This document shows, one piece after another, positions 11,801-23,984 of a stretch of 64,000 nt of DNA. The DNA comes from Octopus sinensis. Its lineage: Eukaryota. Under the pieces are notes generated by a model, which saw only the letters and a program-made list of their open reading frames with translations, searched no databases and was not told the origin of the DNA. Location of the stretch: positions 37,820,001 through 37,884,000 of the forward strand of contig NC_043012.1 of NCBI RefSeq assembly GCF_006345805.1. The letters run 5' to 3'. Within the stretch, counting starts at the first letter, position 1. Every line of letters starts with the position of its first letter. Made by a program: the position numbers and the translations under genes.

Positions 11801-11867
11801 AATGTCTTTGGTCAGGTTTTTACTTTCATAATATTTAGGAAAACCCAGCGGGAAGCTTGTTTTACAG
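11770..11867 (+). other. GEN1: Putative non-coding exon 1 of GEN1 (5' boundary unknown)
   Basis: Strong donor CAG/GTGAGT at 11867/11868. The first coding exon is preceded by an acceptor 12 nt upstream of the ATG, so a 5' exon is required. Confidence 0.5.
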
Positions 11868-13059
11868 GTGAGTATCTCTAAACGACACTTGCACCCATTA
11901 GACTGTGTAATTAAATGATTTGTTCTATTCGTTAAAACACAACCTCTGCGGGTGTCTCACTTTCTTTCCTCAGAAATTTTATACAAAAAACGGATTTTTT
12001 AAAATGAAAATTTCTACATTTCTGTTTCAGATGATTTAGATTACGATCGCATCCGAATTTCATGTTAAAAAGCACACGGTGGGCGCGAACGTGCATTTAC
12101 GGTTTGCAAATTCTCGTTATTGGATCTGTTGAGTATATAAACAGTTCGATCAAGCAATTTAGACACATCTGAGGTTCGAAAATCGATTAAAGCTGTTCGT
12201 TTTTGTTTCCAGCATACAGAGAAAAACTTAAATTTGCCTGCCTTGTTTATATATCTACTATATATATATGTATATAGTAGATATATATATATGTATATAT
12301 ATATGCTGCATATATGTAAACTTGAATTTTTTCGAAAATGTGATGTCAGTATGTAAGTGTGTGCGCCGACCAGTTTGTATTTTTTCCATATTAAATTTCG
12401 ATATAATCACAATCAACTCCATATAAAAGGTGTTTGTTGAAAATTTCATAACATGATACCCATTTTCTTGAAAGTTATGAGGAAAGAAAGTCGGCGGTGG
12501 TGGCCATACTGGTGTATATAAGCTCAGTTTAGTTGTTTAGCCGGGGGCCATCCATGACCAACCTACCTTACTTAGACATCTACCAAAGATTTCATCATTA
12601 TGTGTCTTATCGTGGTAGTATGGGGATATAAGATTTGGTATTTATTTCCCGTTTCAGTAAAACGGTAGGTTGATTTGGCTGTTATTTCTAGCAGTTTTTG
12701 TAATCGCGTAAAGGTTCCCTCGCTTTGTCTCGATGCAATGTAAAATAGGCTCTTGAGTCTTTCATTAATATCTGATGATTATTATTAATACGTATACACA
12801 CACATACACATGTATTCTTTTACTTGTTTCAGTTATTGGACTGTGGCCAAGCTGGGGCAGCACATCGACGAGTTTAGTCGGTCAAATCGATTCCTATTCA
12901 TAGTGTAGTACTTTTAATTTTCGTTATCGGTACCTTTTTTACCAAATCGCTAATTCATGGAAACTTAAACAAATCATAGACATTAAAATTATGGATCGCG
13001 CCCTGAAAGTGTCAGAAAGTTATAGCATAGCTTTTTGTTAATTTTTTTTAATGGTTTCA

Positions 13060-13645
13060 TATGCGAAGGGGTGCTGGAAAGTTCCTGACGAAAAACCTGG
13101 TTGGGGGCCCAACCTTCCGAGTTCTTTTACAGGGCTTAGGAAAACTGAAGGACCGCTGCAATAAGTGTGTGAATCTGAGAGGGGAATATCTATTATATAA
13201 AATCCGTTCTGTCTTTCTGTGTGTGTGTCTTCTAGGATCTCGGGCATCCTCCATCCGTTTGCGCTCAAATTTGATATGTAGATACCGACGGTATCAGGGC
13301 GTGTATAAGTCTTGAAAAAATTACAAAAATCGATTCCAGGTGAGAATGCTATCGATAAAGCCGTGGGAACGTGCATTTGTAAAATCGTTTTTCTTGGAAT
13401 AGAAAAAAGTCTGTCTTTATTTCTTTTCCTGGTGTCTCAAATTTTGGTTAAATCAGTGTTTCTCAAAGGGGTGGCCCATGGGACGGTCGGACAAGTTGTT
13501 TTGAGAAAATTTGGCTTAAATGCTTGACAACTCAGCACCGTCCATTGCACGGGGGGCGTTTTGCTCGTGTTGAATAAAATCATAATTAACAGAAGGATCT
13601 GTATTTTCTTTTATCCATAGCCAGGAACTTTTCGGCACCCATCCT
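13060..13645. mobile_element. Degenerate Tc1/mariner-like TIR element
   Basis: GGGTGCTGGAAAGTTCCTG (13068-13086) is inverted to CAGGAACTTTTCGGCACCC (13622-13640). TA lies close to both ends. Confidence 0.45.
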
Positions 13646-13675
13646 ATTTTCGCTTGTTTTCAGCTTGTATTTACC

Positions 13676-13836
13676 ATGGGGGTCACGGATTTATGGTCAG
13701 TGCTTGATCCAGTTAAGAAACATTTGCCATTGAGCAGCTTACGTGGACAGAGGCTTGCTGTGGATCTTAGTATTTGGATTTGTGAATCTCAAGGTGTCGT
13801 GCAGATGGAGAGGGTTATCTCAAAACCGTACCTCAG
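13676..13836 (+). CDS. GEN1: GEN1 coding exon 1 (XPG-N start; acceptor at 13663/13664)
   Basis: MGVTDLWSVLDPVKKHLPLSSLRGQRLAVDLSIWICESQGVVQMERVISKPYL-R. MGV start and AVDLSIW (catalytic Asp30 equivalent). Donor GTAAGT. 161 nt. Confidence 0.95.
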
Positions 13837-14911
13837 GTAAGTAGTTTTTCTCAGATTATCACACTCATACAACCACAACACACACGGTCTGATATGCCTG
13901 CAAATTTATGGATTCTGAATCTCAACTATGATGTGTTTACATCATTTTGCCATGTAAACAAATATGTCATGTGAGAATTGCTGTCATAAATTTCGTCGGA
14001 TTAACTTTTATGACTGACTTAACACCTTGTCAATCATATTGAATTGAATTGAACTAGTTTCAGCTCATGAGCTGTGGCCATGCTGGGGCACTGTAATAAT
14101 AATAATAATTGTAGGCGCGGGCATGGCTGTGTGGTTAGGGAGCTTGCTTCCTAGCTACATGGTTTCGGGTTCAGTCCCACTGCGTGGCACTTTGGGTAGG
14201 TGTCTTCCGCCACAGCCCCGAGCCGACCGAAGCTTTGTGATTGAATTCGGTAGGCGGAAGTTACTGCCGTGTGTGTGTGTGTGCGTGTAGGTGCTTGTGC
14301 CTCTCCGAAAGAGAGAGAGGGAATCCTTTCTACTATAGGCACAAAGCCTGAAATTTTGGGGGAGGTAATAAGTCAATTACATCGACTCCAGTGTTCAACT
14401 GGTACTTATTTTATCAATCCCCAAAAGGACAAAAGGCTGACCCTAGCAGCATTGGGATCTTGAATGTAAAGAGCTAGAAGAAATGCTGCTAATCATTTTG
14501 TCTGGCACAGTAAGGGTTGGCTGGGTCCTTGCATTTCAGACTGAACCCAAAAGTGTAATTGTGAAAACAAACTTCTTAACCATACACCTTTGTCTGTATA
14601 CCATGACTACTCACACACACACATGCAGACACACACATGCAGACACACACATCATCATCATCAATATCGTCGTCATCGTTTAACGTCTGCTTTCCATGCT
14701 AGCATGGGTTAGACGGTTTGACTAAGGACTGGCAAGCCAGTAGGCTGCACCAGGCTCCAGTCTAATCTGGCAAGGTTTCTACAGCTAGATGCCCTTCCTA
14801 GCTTCAACCACTCTAAGAGTGTAGCGGGTGCTTTTTACATACCACTGGCACAGGAGCCAGTCAAGGGGCACTGACATTAATATAAATATATATATATATA
14901 TATAAAACTAT

Positions 14912-15305
14912 CTGTGGAGGTGCAATGGCCCAGTGGTTAGGGCAGCACTTGTGGTCATAGGATTGCGGTTTTGATTCCCAGGTCGGGCGTTGTGAGTGTT
15001 TATTGAGCGAAAACACCTAAAATCTCCACGAGGCTCTGGCAGGGGGTGGTGGTGAACTCTGCTGTACTCTTTCGCCACAACTTTCTCTCACTCTTTATTC
15101 CAGTTTCTGTTGTACCTGTATTTCAAAAGGGCCAGCTTTGTCACACTCTGTGTCATGCTGAATCTCCCCAAAAACTACGTTAAGGGTACACATGTCTGTG
15201 GAGTGCTCAGCCTCTTGCATGTCAATTTCATGAGCAGGCTGTTCCGTTGGTTTGGATGAACTGGAACCCTCGTCGTCGTAACCAACGGAGTGCCACGACA
15301 ACGAT
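14912..15305 (+). mobile_element. Full-length tRNA-derived SINE of a second family
   Basis: Head GGAGGTGCAATGGCCCAGTGGTTAGG (A box)...GGTTTTGATTCCC (B-box-like). A partial reverse copy lies near 60330-60520. Confidence 0.65.
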
Positions 15306-15525
15306 ATAACTATCTTCTTGAGATTTTACAACTAGCTATTTTGCGTATATTAGACCCCCTTTGGTCATGAATGACCATGGGATTGCACCTAGAAAGTTAC
15401 CTTCCAAGGCACAAGTTCAGGTGAGGTTGTTTGTGGAACTCATAACCTCATGATCGTAAGCTCAAAACTTTAACTACTGAGCCATGTGCCTTCACTATAT
15501 ATATATATATGTGTGTGTGTATATA

Positions 15526-15656
<131 letters not shown>

Positions 15657-15902
15657 TTTTATATATATATATATATATATTAGAAATATTGAATTTCTAA
15701 ATGTCTGAGAGAGACATGAGCGGTGGTGGAGCGATGGAGTGGTTGTATACTGTGACCATAACGTGACAGTCCCATAAAGGGAATTACACCACCGTTATTT
15801 AGCCCTAGGAAGCATCAACGCTTCCTGTCGGCCATGACACATTTCCTGTGTCCTTATATTTGCAAAGGGGAGGCGAGCACCCCCACTAGTTAGGACTAGC
15901 AA

Positions 15903-15948
15903 CCTGAAGACATGCATGTTTCTGGGTATTGCCCATCATCAGTCCAGG
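15903..15948 (-). ncRNA. Type I hammerhead ribozyme with complete core (H1); predicted cleavage after GUC, between 15909 and 15908
   Basis: CCUGGA CUGAUGA UGGG CAAUA CCCA GAAA C AUGCAU GUC^UUCAGG. Stem I 6 bp, stem II 4 bp, palindromic stem III ACAUGCAUGU. Stem I extends through AGGACU/AGUCCU past a CACUAC/UUGCU loop. Confidence 0.85.
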
Positions 15949-16239
15949 GTAGTGAGTCCTGCTGGCTGAGATGCCTGCCAAGGACACAGGAAATGTGTCA
16001 AGGCCAACAGGAAGCGTTGATGCTTCCTAGGGCTAAATGGTGGTGGTGTAATTCCCTTTATGGGACTGTCACGTTATGGTCACAGTATACAACCACTCCA
16101 TCGCTCCACCACCCCTCATGTCTCTCTCAGACATTTAGAAATTCAATATTTCTAATTACGGTGACCAGTGAATATATTTCACTGTAAATATATATATTTG
16201 CAAAGGCTTGGCAGGCATCTCAGCTAGCGGACTCACTAC

Positions 16240-16285
16240 CCTGGGGTGATGATGGGCAATACCCAGAAACATGCATGTTTTCAGG
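16240..16285 (+). ncRNA. Hammerhead paralogue of H1 with core mutation C3G (probably inactive)
   Basis: CCTGGG GTGATGA TGGG CAATA CCCA GAAAC ATGCAT GTT TTCAGG. Confidence 0.7.
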
Positions 16286-16910
16286 TTGCTAGTCCTAACT
16301 GGTGGGGGTGCTTGCCTCACCTTTGCAAATATAAGGACACAGAAAATGTGTGAAAGGAGACAGGAAGCGTCGATACTTCCTAGGGTTATATAGCGGTGGA
16401 GTAATTCCCTCTACGGGACTGTCACGTTATGTTGACATTATACAACCACTCTATATATATATATATATGTGTGTGTGGGTGTATATATATATGTATCTAT
16501 ATATAAATTGGCGTTAGGAAGGCCATCCAGCTGTAGAAACTCTGCCAGGTCAATATTGGAGCCTGGTGCAGCCATCTGGCTCGCAAGCCCTCAGTCAAAA
16601 TCGTCCAACCCATGCTAGCATGGAAAGCGGACGTTAAACGATGATGATGATACACCACTTCATCCCGGTGGCACGTAAAAAGCATCCACTACACTCACAG
16701 AGTGGTTGGCATTAGGAAGGGCATCCAGCTGTAGAAGCATTGCCAGACCAGACTGGGGTTGGTGCAGCCTTCTGGCTTCCCAGACCCCAGTTGAACCGTC
16801 CAACCCATGCTAGCATGGAAAGCGGATGTTAAACGATGATGATGATGATGATGATATATATATATATATATATAATATATATATATATATATTATATATA
16901 TATATATATG

Positions 16911-16950
<40 letters not shown>

Positions 16951-17009
16951 TGTGTGTATGTATATATATGTATATATATATATATATATGTATATATATG
17001 TATGTATAT

Positions 17010-17040
<31 letters not shown>

Positions 17041-17239
17041 AATTACTGCCTCGGTTCTCGCGGTTAAAATATAATGTTTGCTAGATAGACCACGTGGGTG
17101 GAATGGGGAGTGCAGAATTTTACGCTTGCGCATTTTGAATTTGTTGACACTGTTAGTTGGAGTGGTTCATCTGAAGCGACAAGTTTGCTGATAGGTAAAG
17201 TTCCTTCTTTTTAGTGTTTCCAAATCCAAATTAAGAAAT

Positions 17240-17302
17240 TTTGAGCTGACGAAAGAAATGCTGATTTTATTTGGCTAATCTTGAAACGTTGACGTACTCA
17301 AA
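17240..17302 (+). ncRNA. Type I hammerhead ribozyme with complete core (H2), sense in GEN1 intron 2; predicted cleavage after 17296
   Basis: UUUGAG CUGACGA AAGA aau GCUGA uuuuau UUGGC uaa UCUU GAAA C GUUGAC GUA^CUCAAA. Stem I is 6/6 Watson-Crick. Confidence 0.8.
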
Positions 17303-17599
17303 CGATCTATGTACTTGTGATATTTTTCTGTATTTACCCCCAAACCTTCGTGAGCTGTCTAGAGTAAACATTATCTGAGAGAAATTTTCTTTAAGTAGTA
17401 GAAATGCTAAGAAAATTTTTTTTGGCTGCTATTTCTACTAAGTTCAGTATGTGGCAAAGTAATTTATTTTACTAAGCCCTAATTATATAATGTAATATTT
17501 TGAATTCGCCTTAAATGGTCCTTTTACATACTGAACACTTGGTGAAATTGATTAATTAATTAATTTTACCCTCAATTGTTGATATATATATATGTATGT

Positions 17600-20056
17600 A
17601 TCATCATCATCGTTTAACATCCGCTTTCCATGCTAGCATGGGTTGGACGATTTTGACAGGACTTGCGAGCCAGATGGCTGCACCAGGCTCCAGTCTTGAT
17701 CTGGCAGAGTTTCTACAGCTGGATGCCTTTCCTAACGCCAACCACACCAAGAGTGTAGTGGGTGCTTTTTACATGCCACTGGCACGAGGGCCAGTCAGGC
17801 AGTACTAGCAATGACCTCGCTCGAATCTTTTTACACGTGCCAGTGAAGCGACATTAGTAACAATCACACTCGAATTGTGCACTTGTACGTGCCATGGGTA
17901 TGGAAGCCAGTTGGCTGCTCTGGCAATGATCACGCTCGGATGGTGCTCTTGGCACCCTACTAGCACAGGCATGAGTGCCAATAAGGCGACGCTGGTAACG
18001 ATCATACTCGAATAGCCGCTCTGTCAACGATCACACTCGTATGGTGCGCTTTGAACCCTGCTAGCACCAATGCCAGTCATCGAATTGATTTTGATTTCAC
18101 TTGCCTCAACAGGTCTTCACAAGCAGAGTTTAGTGATCAAAGAAGGAAAAGGTACGCATAAGTGGGTTGGTTACGCTCCTGGCATAGGCCACGAGGTTAT
18201 GGTCTCATTTGGCTTGCTGTATCTTCTCAAGCACAGCATATTTCCAAAAGTCTTGGTCACTAGTTATTTCCTTGGTGAGGCCTAATGTCCGAAGGTCATG
18301 ATTCACCACTTCATCCCAGGTCTTCCTGGGTCTACCTCTTCCACAGGTTCCCTCAACCGCTAGGGTGTGGCACTTTTTCACACAACTATCTTCATACATT
18401 CTCGCCACATGACCATACCCGCGCAAACGTCTCTCTTGCACACCATAACTGATGCTTCTTAGGTCCAACTTTTCTCTCAAGGTACTTACACTCTGTCGAG
18501 TATGCACATCCAATGGAACATACTGGCTTCATTCCTTGCAAGCTTACGCATGTCCTCAGCAGTCACAGCCCATGTTTCACTGCTGTGTGGCATGGCTGTT
18601 CGTCCACATGCATCATACAGTCTACCTTTTACTCTGAGCGAGAGGCCCTTTGTCACCAGCAGAGGTAAGAGCTCTCTGAACTTTGCCCAAGCTATTCTTA
18701 TTCTAGCAGCTACACTTTCAGTGCACCCTCCTTCGCTACTGACTTGGTCACCTAAGTAATGGAAGCTATCAACTACTTGTAGTTTTTCCACCTGGAATGT
18801 GGCAGAAGTTGGTCTCTGCATATTTCCAGTGTTTAATCCCCCCTGAGCATCTGCCACATACAAAACTATCTTCCCAGTTAGCCTTCCTTTGATATTACTG
18901 CACCTCTTATGTGTCCATAGCTTACACTGGGTTTCTACCTACGCCTCTTCTACAGATCGAGCAGGGCCATCTACCTGAAGGGATTTGTGGTTTGCCTGCC
19001 TTCCTACTTATTAGGACTTTGGTTTTCGCTAGGTTGATTTTAAGGCCCTTTGATTCTAATCCTTGTTTCCACACTTGAAACTTCTCCTCTAGTTCTGATA
19101 GTGACTCAACAATTAGAGCAAGGTCATCAGCATAGAGGAGCTCCCAGGGGCATCCTGTCTTGAATTCCTCCGTTATTGCCTGCAGGACTATGATAAATAG
19201 GAGGGGGCTGAGGACTGAACCCTGGTGGACCCCAACCTCTACCTTGAATTTTTCAGTGTACATGTTGCCAACCCTCACCTTACTAGCAGCGTCCCTGTAC
19301 ATGGCTTGCATAGCTCTCACTAACCATCTATCCCTAGTTTCCTCATTGACCACCAGATAAGGGATCGGGGGACCCTGTCAAAGGCTTTCTCCATGTCAAT
19401 GAAAGCCAGGTACAGGGGCTTATCTTTGGCTAGGTATTTCTCCTGCAGCTGTCTCACCAGAGATATGGCATCAGTGGTGCTTTTCCCTGGCACGAAACCA
19501 AACTGCATCTCGTCCAAGTTGACTCTCTCCCTAATCAGTTGGGCTATGAGCCTCTCTGTAACCTTCATTACCTGATCCAAGAGCTTTATACCTCTGTAAT
19601 TAGTTGTATCTAGGGTGTCACCTTTACCTTTGTAGCAGTTGACTATTATGCTGCTACACCAGTCATTGGGTATGACTCCTTCGTGTATCACCTGGTTAAC
19701 TAAACGGCTGACTAGGCTGTAGCCGACACTACCAGATATTTTGAGCATCTCTGCAGTAATTCCTGATGGGCCTGGGGCTTTCCCTGTCTTCATGCTTCTA
19801 ATTGCCTTAACTACCAAGGAACTGTCAACTCGGATAGCTGGTCCCTCTGTTGGGTCGACATTCGGCAGACTCTCTTTATCCCATTCATTTTCTTTATTCA
19901 GCAACCTTTCATAGTGTCGTCTCCAAACCTCTCTCTTTGCATCCTCATTTCAGCACATATCGACAAATCTCCGTTCAAGCAACTCAACAATCTCACCGGA
20001 CCTACCTTTCAGTGTGCCGACGTTGAGAGTGCCAACCCTGAGGGTGTGGGAGGTTA
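17600..20056 (-). mobile_element. RTE-clade LINE (copy 2) with internal deletion of most of the endonuclease; frameshifted
   Basis: RT fragments 18205-19904. Tail (ATC)n at 17600. 19951-20050 encodes the endonuclease N-terminus TLRVGTLNVGTLKGRSGEIVELLERRFVDMC, joined directly to NEDAKREVW. Confidence 0.93.
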
Positions 20057-20068
20057 TATGTATATATA

Positions 20069-20122
<54 letters not shown>

Positions 20123-20127
20123 TATAT

Positions 20128-20520
20128 GTATATATCTTGTTTCAGTCATTAAACTGTGGCCATGTTGGAGCACTGCCTTGAAGAATTTTAGTCAAATGAA
20201 ATGGCTCTAGTACTTCCTTTTCTTTTTTTTAAGTCTGGTACTTATTCTATCAGTATCTTTAGCCGAGCCGCTATGTTATTGAGATGTGAACATTCTGGCA
20301 CCAGTTGTCAAGTGGTGGTGGGAGAGAAACTCAAATGCACATGCATGTATGCACTTGCATGCATGCACATGTATATATACACAAACGGGCTTCTTTAAGT
20401 TTCCATTTATCAAATCCACTCACAAGACTTAGGTTGACTCAAGGCTATAGTAGAGGACACTCACCCAGAGTGCTACACAGTGGGACTGAACCTGAACCAT
20501 GTGGTTGAGGAGCAAACCTC
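20128..20520 (-). mobile_element. CORE-like tRNA-derived SINE, near full length
   Basis: Head with GGTTCAGTCCCACTG and CCTTGGGCAAGTGTC-like segment, internal microsatellite, 3' half ending ATGACTGAAACAAG. Confidence 0.75.
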
Positions 20521-20659
20521 TTGTCCAATCCATGCCAGCATGGAAGATGCACTTTAAATGATGGTGATGATGATATGTATGTGTATCTATGACATGCACA
20601 CGCACATGATGAGCAGTTTTGATATATATACATATGTGCAAAAGAAGCATCATATGTGG

Positions 20660-21215
20660 TGTGCAAGAGAGACAACTGCACTGGTATGGTCATGTGTTGC
20701 GTATGGATGAAGACAGCTGTGTGAAAAAGTGTCACACCCTATTAGTAGAGGGAACCTGTGGAAGAGGAAGACCTGGGATGAGGTGGTGAAGCACAACCTT
20801 TGAATGTTGGGCCTCGTGGAGAGGAGGATGAGTGAGTGAGGCCTCTGGAGAGATATGCTGTGCTTGAGAAGATCCACCAAGCCAAGCGAGACCGTAACCA
20901 TGGCCTATGCCAGTGCAGCATAACCAGCCCGTTTAAGAGTACTCTTCAGTTATTGGACAATAAACTGTTCTTGCGAAGACCTGTTGAGTCAAGTGAAGTC
21001 CTTGTGGCCATTGCCAGTACTGCCTGACTGGCTCCCGTGCCGGTGGCATATAAGAAGCACCCACTACACTCTCGGAGTGGTTGGCAATAGGAAGAGCATC
21101 CAGCTGTAGAAACCTTGCCACATCAGATTGGAGCCTGGTGCAGCCTCCTGGCTTACCAATTCTCAGTCAAGCCGTCCAACCCATGCCAGCATGGAAAGCG
21201 GATGTTAAACAATGA
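20660..21215 (+). mobile_element. RTE 3' fragment with tail
   Basis: Encodes QERQLHWYGHVLRMDEDSCVKKC-like sequence, followed by the same 3' UTR as the large RTE copies. Confidence 0.75.
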
Positions 21216-21503
21216 CGAATTGCATGTGTGTGTGTATAAGAATTAAGTACAGTTTTCCTAAAAATGCATTAACCCTTACAAGACAACAGGGCTGAGCTGT
21301 CGGCCGAAAAGTTGAAGGACAGAGATTGCATTAGTTCATTCAATTTCCTATATATGTAAAGTAATTATTTTTTATAATTTATTTTGAGAAATGAGTGCAT
21401 GTATTTTGTAGGGCTTATGAAAAGCTCTCCTGCTTCTTGACACTGAAATTTCCAGTGAGACTCTGTCCCCAAAGTGTTAAATATCTTTTATCTTGAATCA
21501 CAG

Positions 21504-21705
21504 AAACCTGTTCTTCCGTGTGAACCACTTATTACTCAGTGGAATAGATTTAGTATTTATTATCGATGGTCGTGCTCCTGAAATGAAGGCAGAGACAATG
21601 CGAAAACGCCAAAAGGAGTGTTTCTTGTATAGAAAATCATCTCAGAATAACTTCTGGACATGCAAGAATACCAAAAGATCACATTTGAATGCATTTGTTA
21701 AAAAG
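21504..21705 (+). CDS. GEN1: GEN1 coding exon 2
   Basis: CAG acceptor, NLFFRVNHLLLSGIDLVFIIDGRAPEMKAETMRKRQ...RSHLNAFVKK, donor GTAAAA. 202 nt, phase-compatible. Confidence 0.95.
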
Positions 21706-22144
21706 GTAAAAATTTACTTCAAATTTTTTATTTTCCCTCCATTTTTTATATAATATTTGGCCATTTTCTCCTTGTTTTATATAATTTTTTTGCTTAATCT
21801 GTGCTTCTCATTTTCTTTCATAATTATGATTTATCTTATTTGTGTGTGACTTTGGTTGTACATGTCCCCAAGGTTTAAAGATATATGTACCAGTAATATT
21901 TTCGTGTCAATCCAGTCAGCTTTGCCCTACACTGTGGCCTCGAGCCAAAGATGACACTCAGTACCTAAAATACATAAATTGATAGAGTTATATCTATATG
22001 CTCTATGTTCAAATCCTGTTGATTTTTACTTATTCTGTCATTTTCATTGGGTCCATAAAATAAGTACCAGTTAAATACTGGTGTTGATTTAATTGAATGT
22101 ACCTTCCCCTAAATTATTCCTCTTAAGACTCTATACCTTCTCTG

Positions 22145-22274
22145 CAAATTTGACCACTTACACCTCTGTAGCCTCTTCCCAAATTTGACCACTTACACCT
22201 CTGTAGCCTCTTCCCAAATTTGACCACTTACACCTCTGTAGCCTCTTCCCAAATTTCTCTCCTTACACCTCTGT
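22145..22274 (+). repeat. 35-bp minisatellite, 3 identical copies plus a partial
   Basis: Unit CAAATTTGACCACTTACACCTCTGTAGCCTCTTCC starts at 22145, 22180, 22215 and 22250. Confidence 0.9.
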
Positions 22275-23984
22275 TAGAAATCATTATGAGCCAACAAAAC
22301 AACCTCTGTGCAATCACTCATTATGCTAGAATTAGCAGCCAAATCTCCCTCAAATTTAACCTTTTCTCCTTTAAAAATGGATGAATATCTTGGATAAGTT
22401 TATCCTGTATATTCTAGTCATAATTATAATCAAGAAGCTGGAAAGAAAGAAATTGGGGAGCTTATGGGTCAGTATGAATGGAACAATGTCAGAATGACAC
22501 ACAAATATATTTCAATGATATCCAGAAATGACAAATGTAGTATCATCTTTGATGAAGTGCTGCTTTTGGCACAGACCACATTAACCTTTTTCTTACCGTA
22601 TTTCTTTTGGAATACACTGCCTTTATTTCAAATACCTTTGAAAATATTGAAGGGTTTAGTAAAATAATTTTATTATTAATCCAGTGTTTGGTATGTAAAT
22701 TAAGAGGCAACTTTGATGGGAAATTTAAATTTGGATCCTTTTAAAATGAGAAGTTTGTGTGATAGTCCCAGGTAGGTTTGTATCAGAAGGTTGCAGGCAT
22801 TGCTTCGAGGTTAAGAAGTTTACTTTGTAACTGATTAGTTTTAGGTTTAATCTCATTGCGCAGCACTTTGGGCAAGAGTTGGGAAAGCCCTGTGAGTGAA
22901 ATTTGGTAGACAGAAACTGCATGGAAGCCCATTAGAAAGAGTTCACTTTTTTCTTGGGTGTTAGACTTAATCCATTGCCCAGATAAACAATGTAGTGCTT
23001 GCCTTGGGTACCTTCAGTGGAAGACATCCTCTAAAGGTGCCTGGGTATTCAGGTCAGGTCTCCCATGTGATGGTCAGTCTTAGAGGCCCTGGAAATGTCC
23101 ATGAGTGCTGCTGTCTTTCCTGCCCTCGCTCAGTCATATATTATCATCGTTGTTGTCATTGTTTAATGTCTTCCTTCCAGGCTGGTTGTCATAGAAGCAG
23201 TGTCATTCATCCTCCTCTTCATCATCATCATTTAACGTCCGTTTTCCATGCTGGCATGGGTTTGATGGTTTGACTGAAGGCTAGCAAGCCAGTAGGCTGC
23301 ACCAGGCTCCAGTCTGATGTGGCAAGGTTTCTACAGCTGGATGCCCTTCCTATCACCAACCACTCCGAGAGTGTAGTGGGGTGCTTTTTATGTGCCACCG
23401 GCACGGGAGCCAGTCAGGTAGCAATGGCATCGACCACTTTCAGAAGGTGCTTTTTACATGCCACTGGCATGGGAGCCAGTCGGTGGTGGGGAGGTGCACT
23501 TCCAGTAATTCTGTAAGAACATGTCTGGCCAGGGGAAAATATCACCTTACTTGGAAACAGGTGAGGGTTAATAACAAGGAGAGCATCCAGCTGTAGAAAA
23601 TATGCTTCAAACTCTGTCTGATTCATACAAATATGGAAAACTGGATGTAAATGATGTTAGTAATCATGCCTTATTATCATCTTCATGATTCTGTGTCCAT
23701 TTTCCATACTGGTATAGGTTGGATGTGTCTCACAATATCTCATCACTCATCACCATATTCCATGCCATCTAATATTAAAAACCAGCAGAAACCAGTCAAC
23801 ATCATTGCATGTGTTCTGGGTGTATACTCTAGTGCCACCACCACTGCAAGGAAACTCCTCTTAACTCCTAAATGTTCAAGCTGGTCGTATCGGGCCCACA
23901 TATCCTGCCTATTTTATGTTCAAACTGTCCAGGTCTCTCTCATCTACCCTACAATGTCATTCTTCAAATAAACAATTACAATTA

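Larger units (their letters stand above)
15680..16452. mobile_element. Penelope-like non-autonomous hammerhead element: minus copy, inverted 3' arm, then a second plus copy
   Basis: 15680-15855 is inverted to 15980-16155 around a unique hammerhead-bearing centre. 16210-16452 is a diverged plus-strand copy of the hammerhead arm. Confidence 0.75.
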
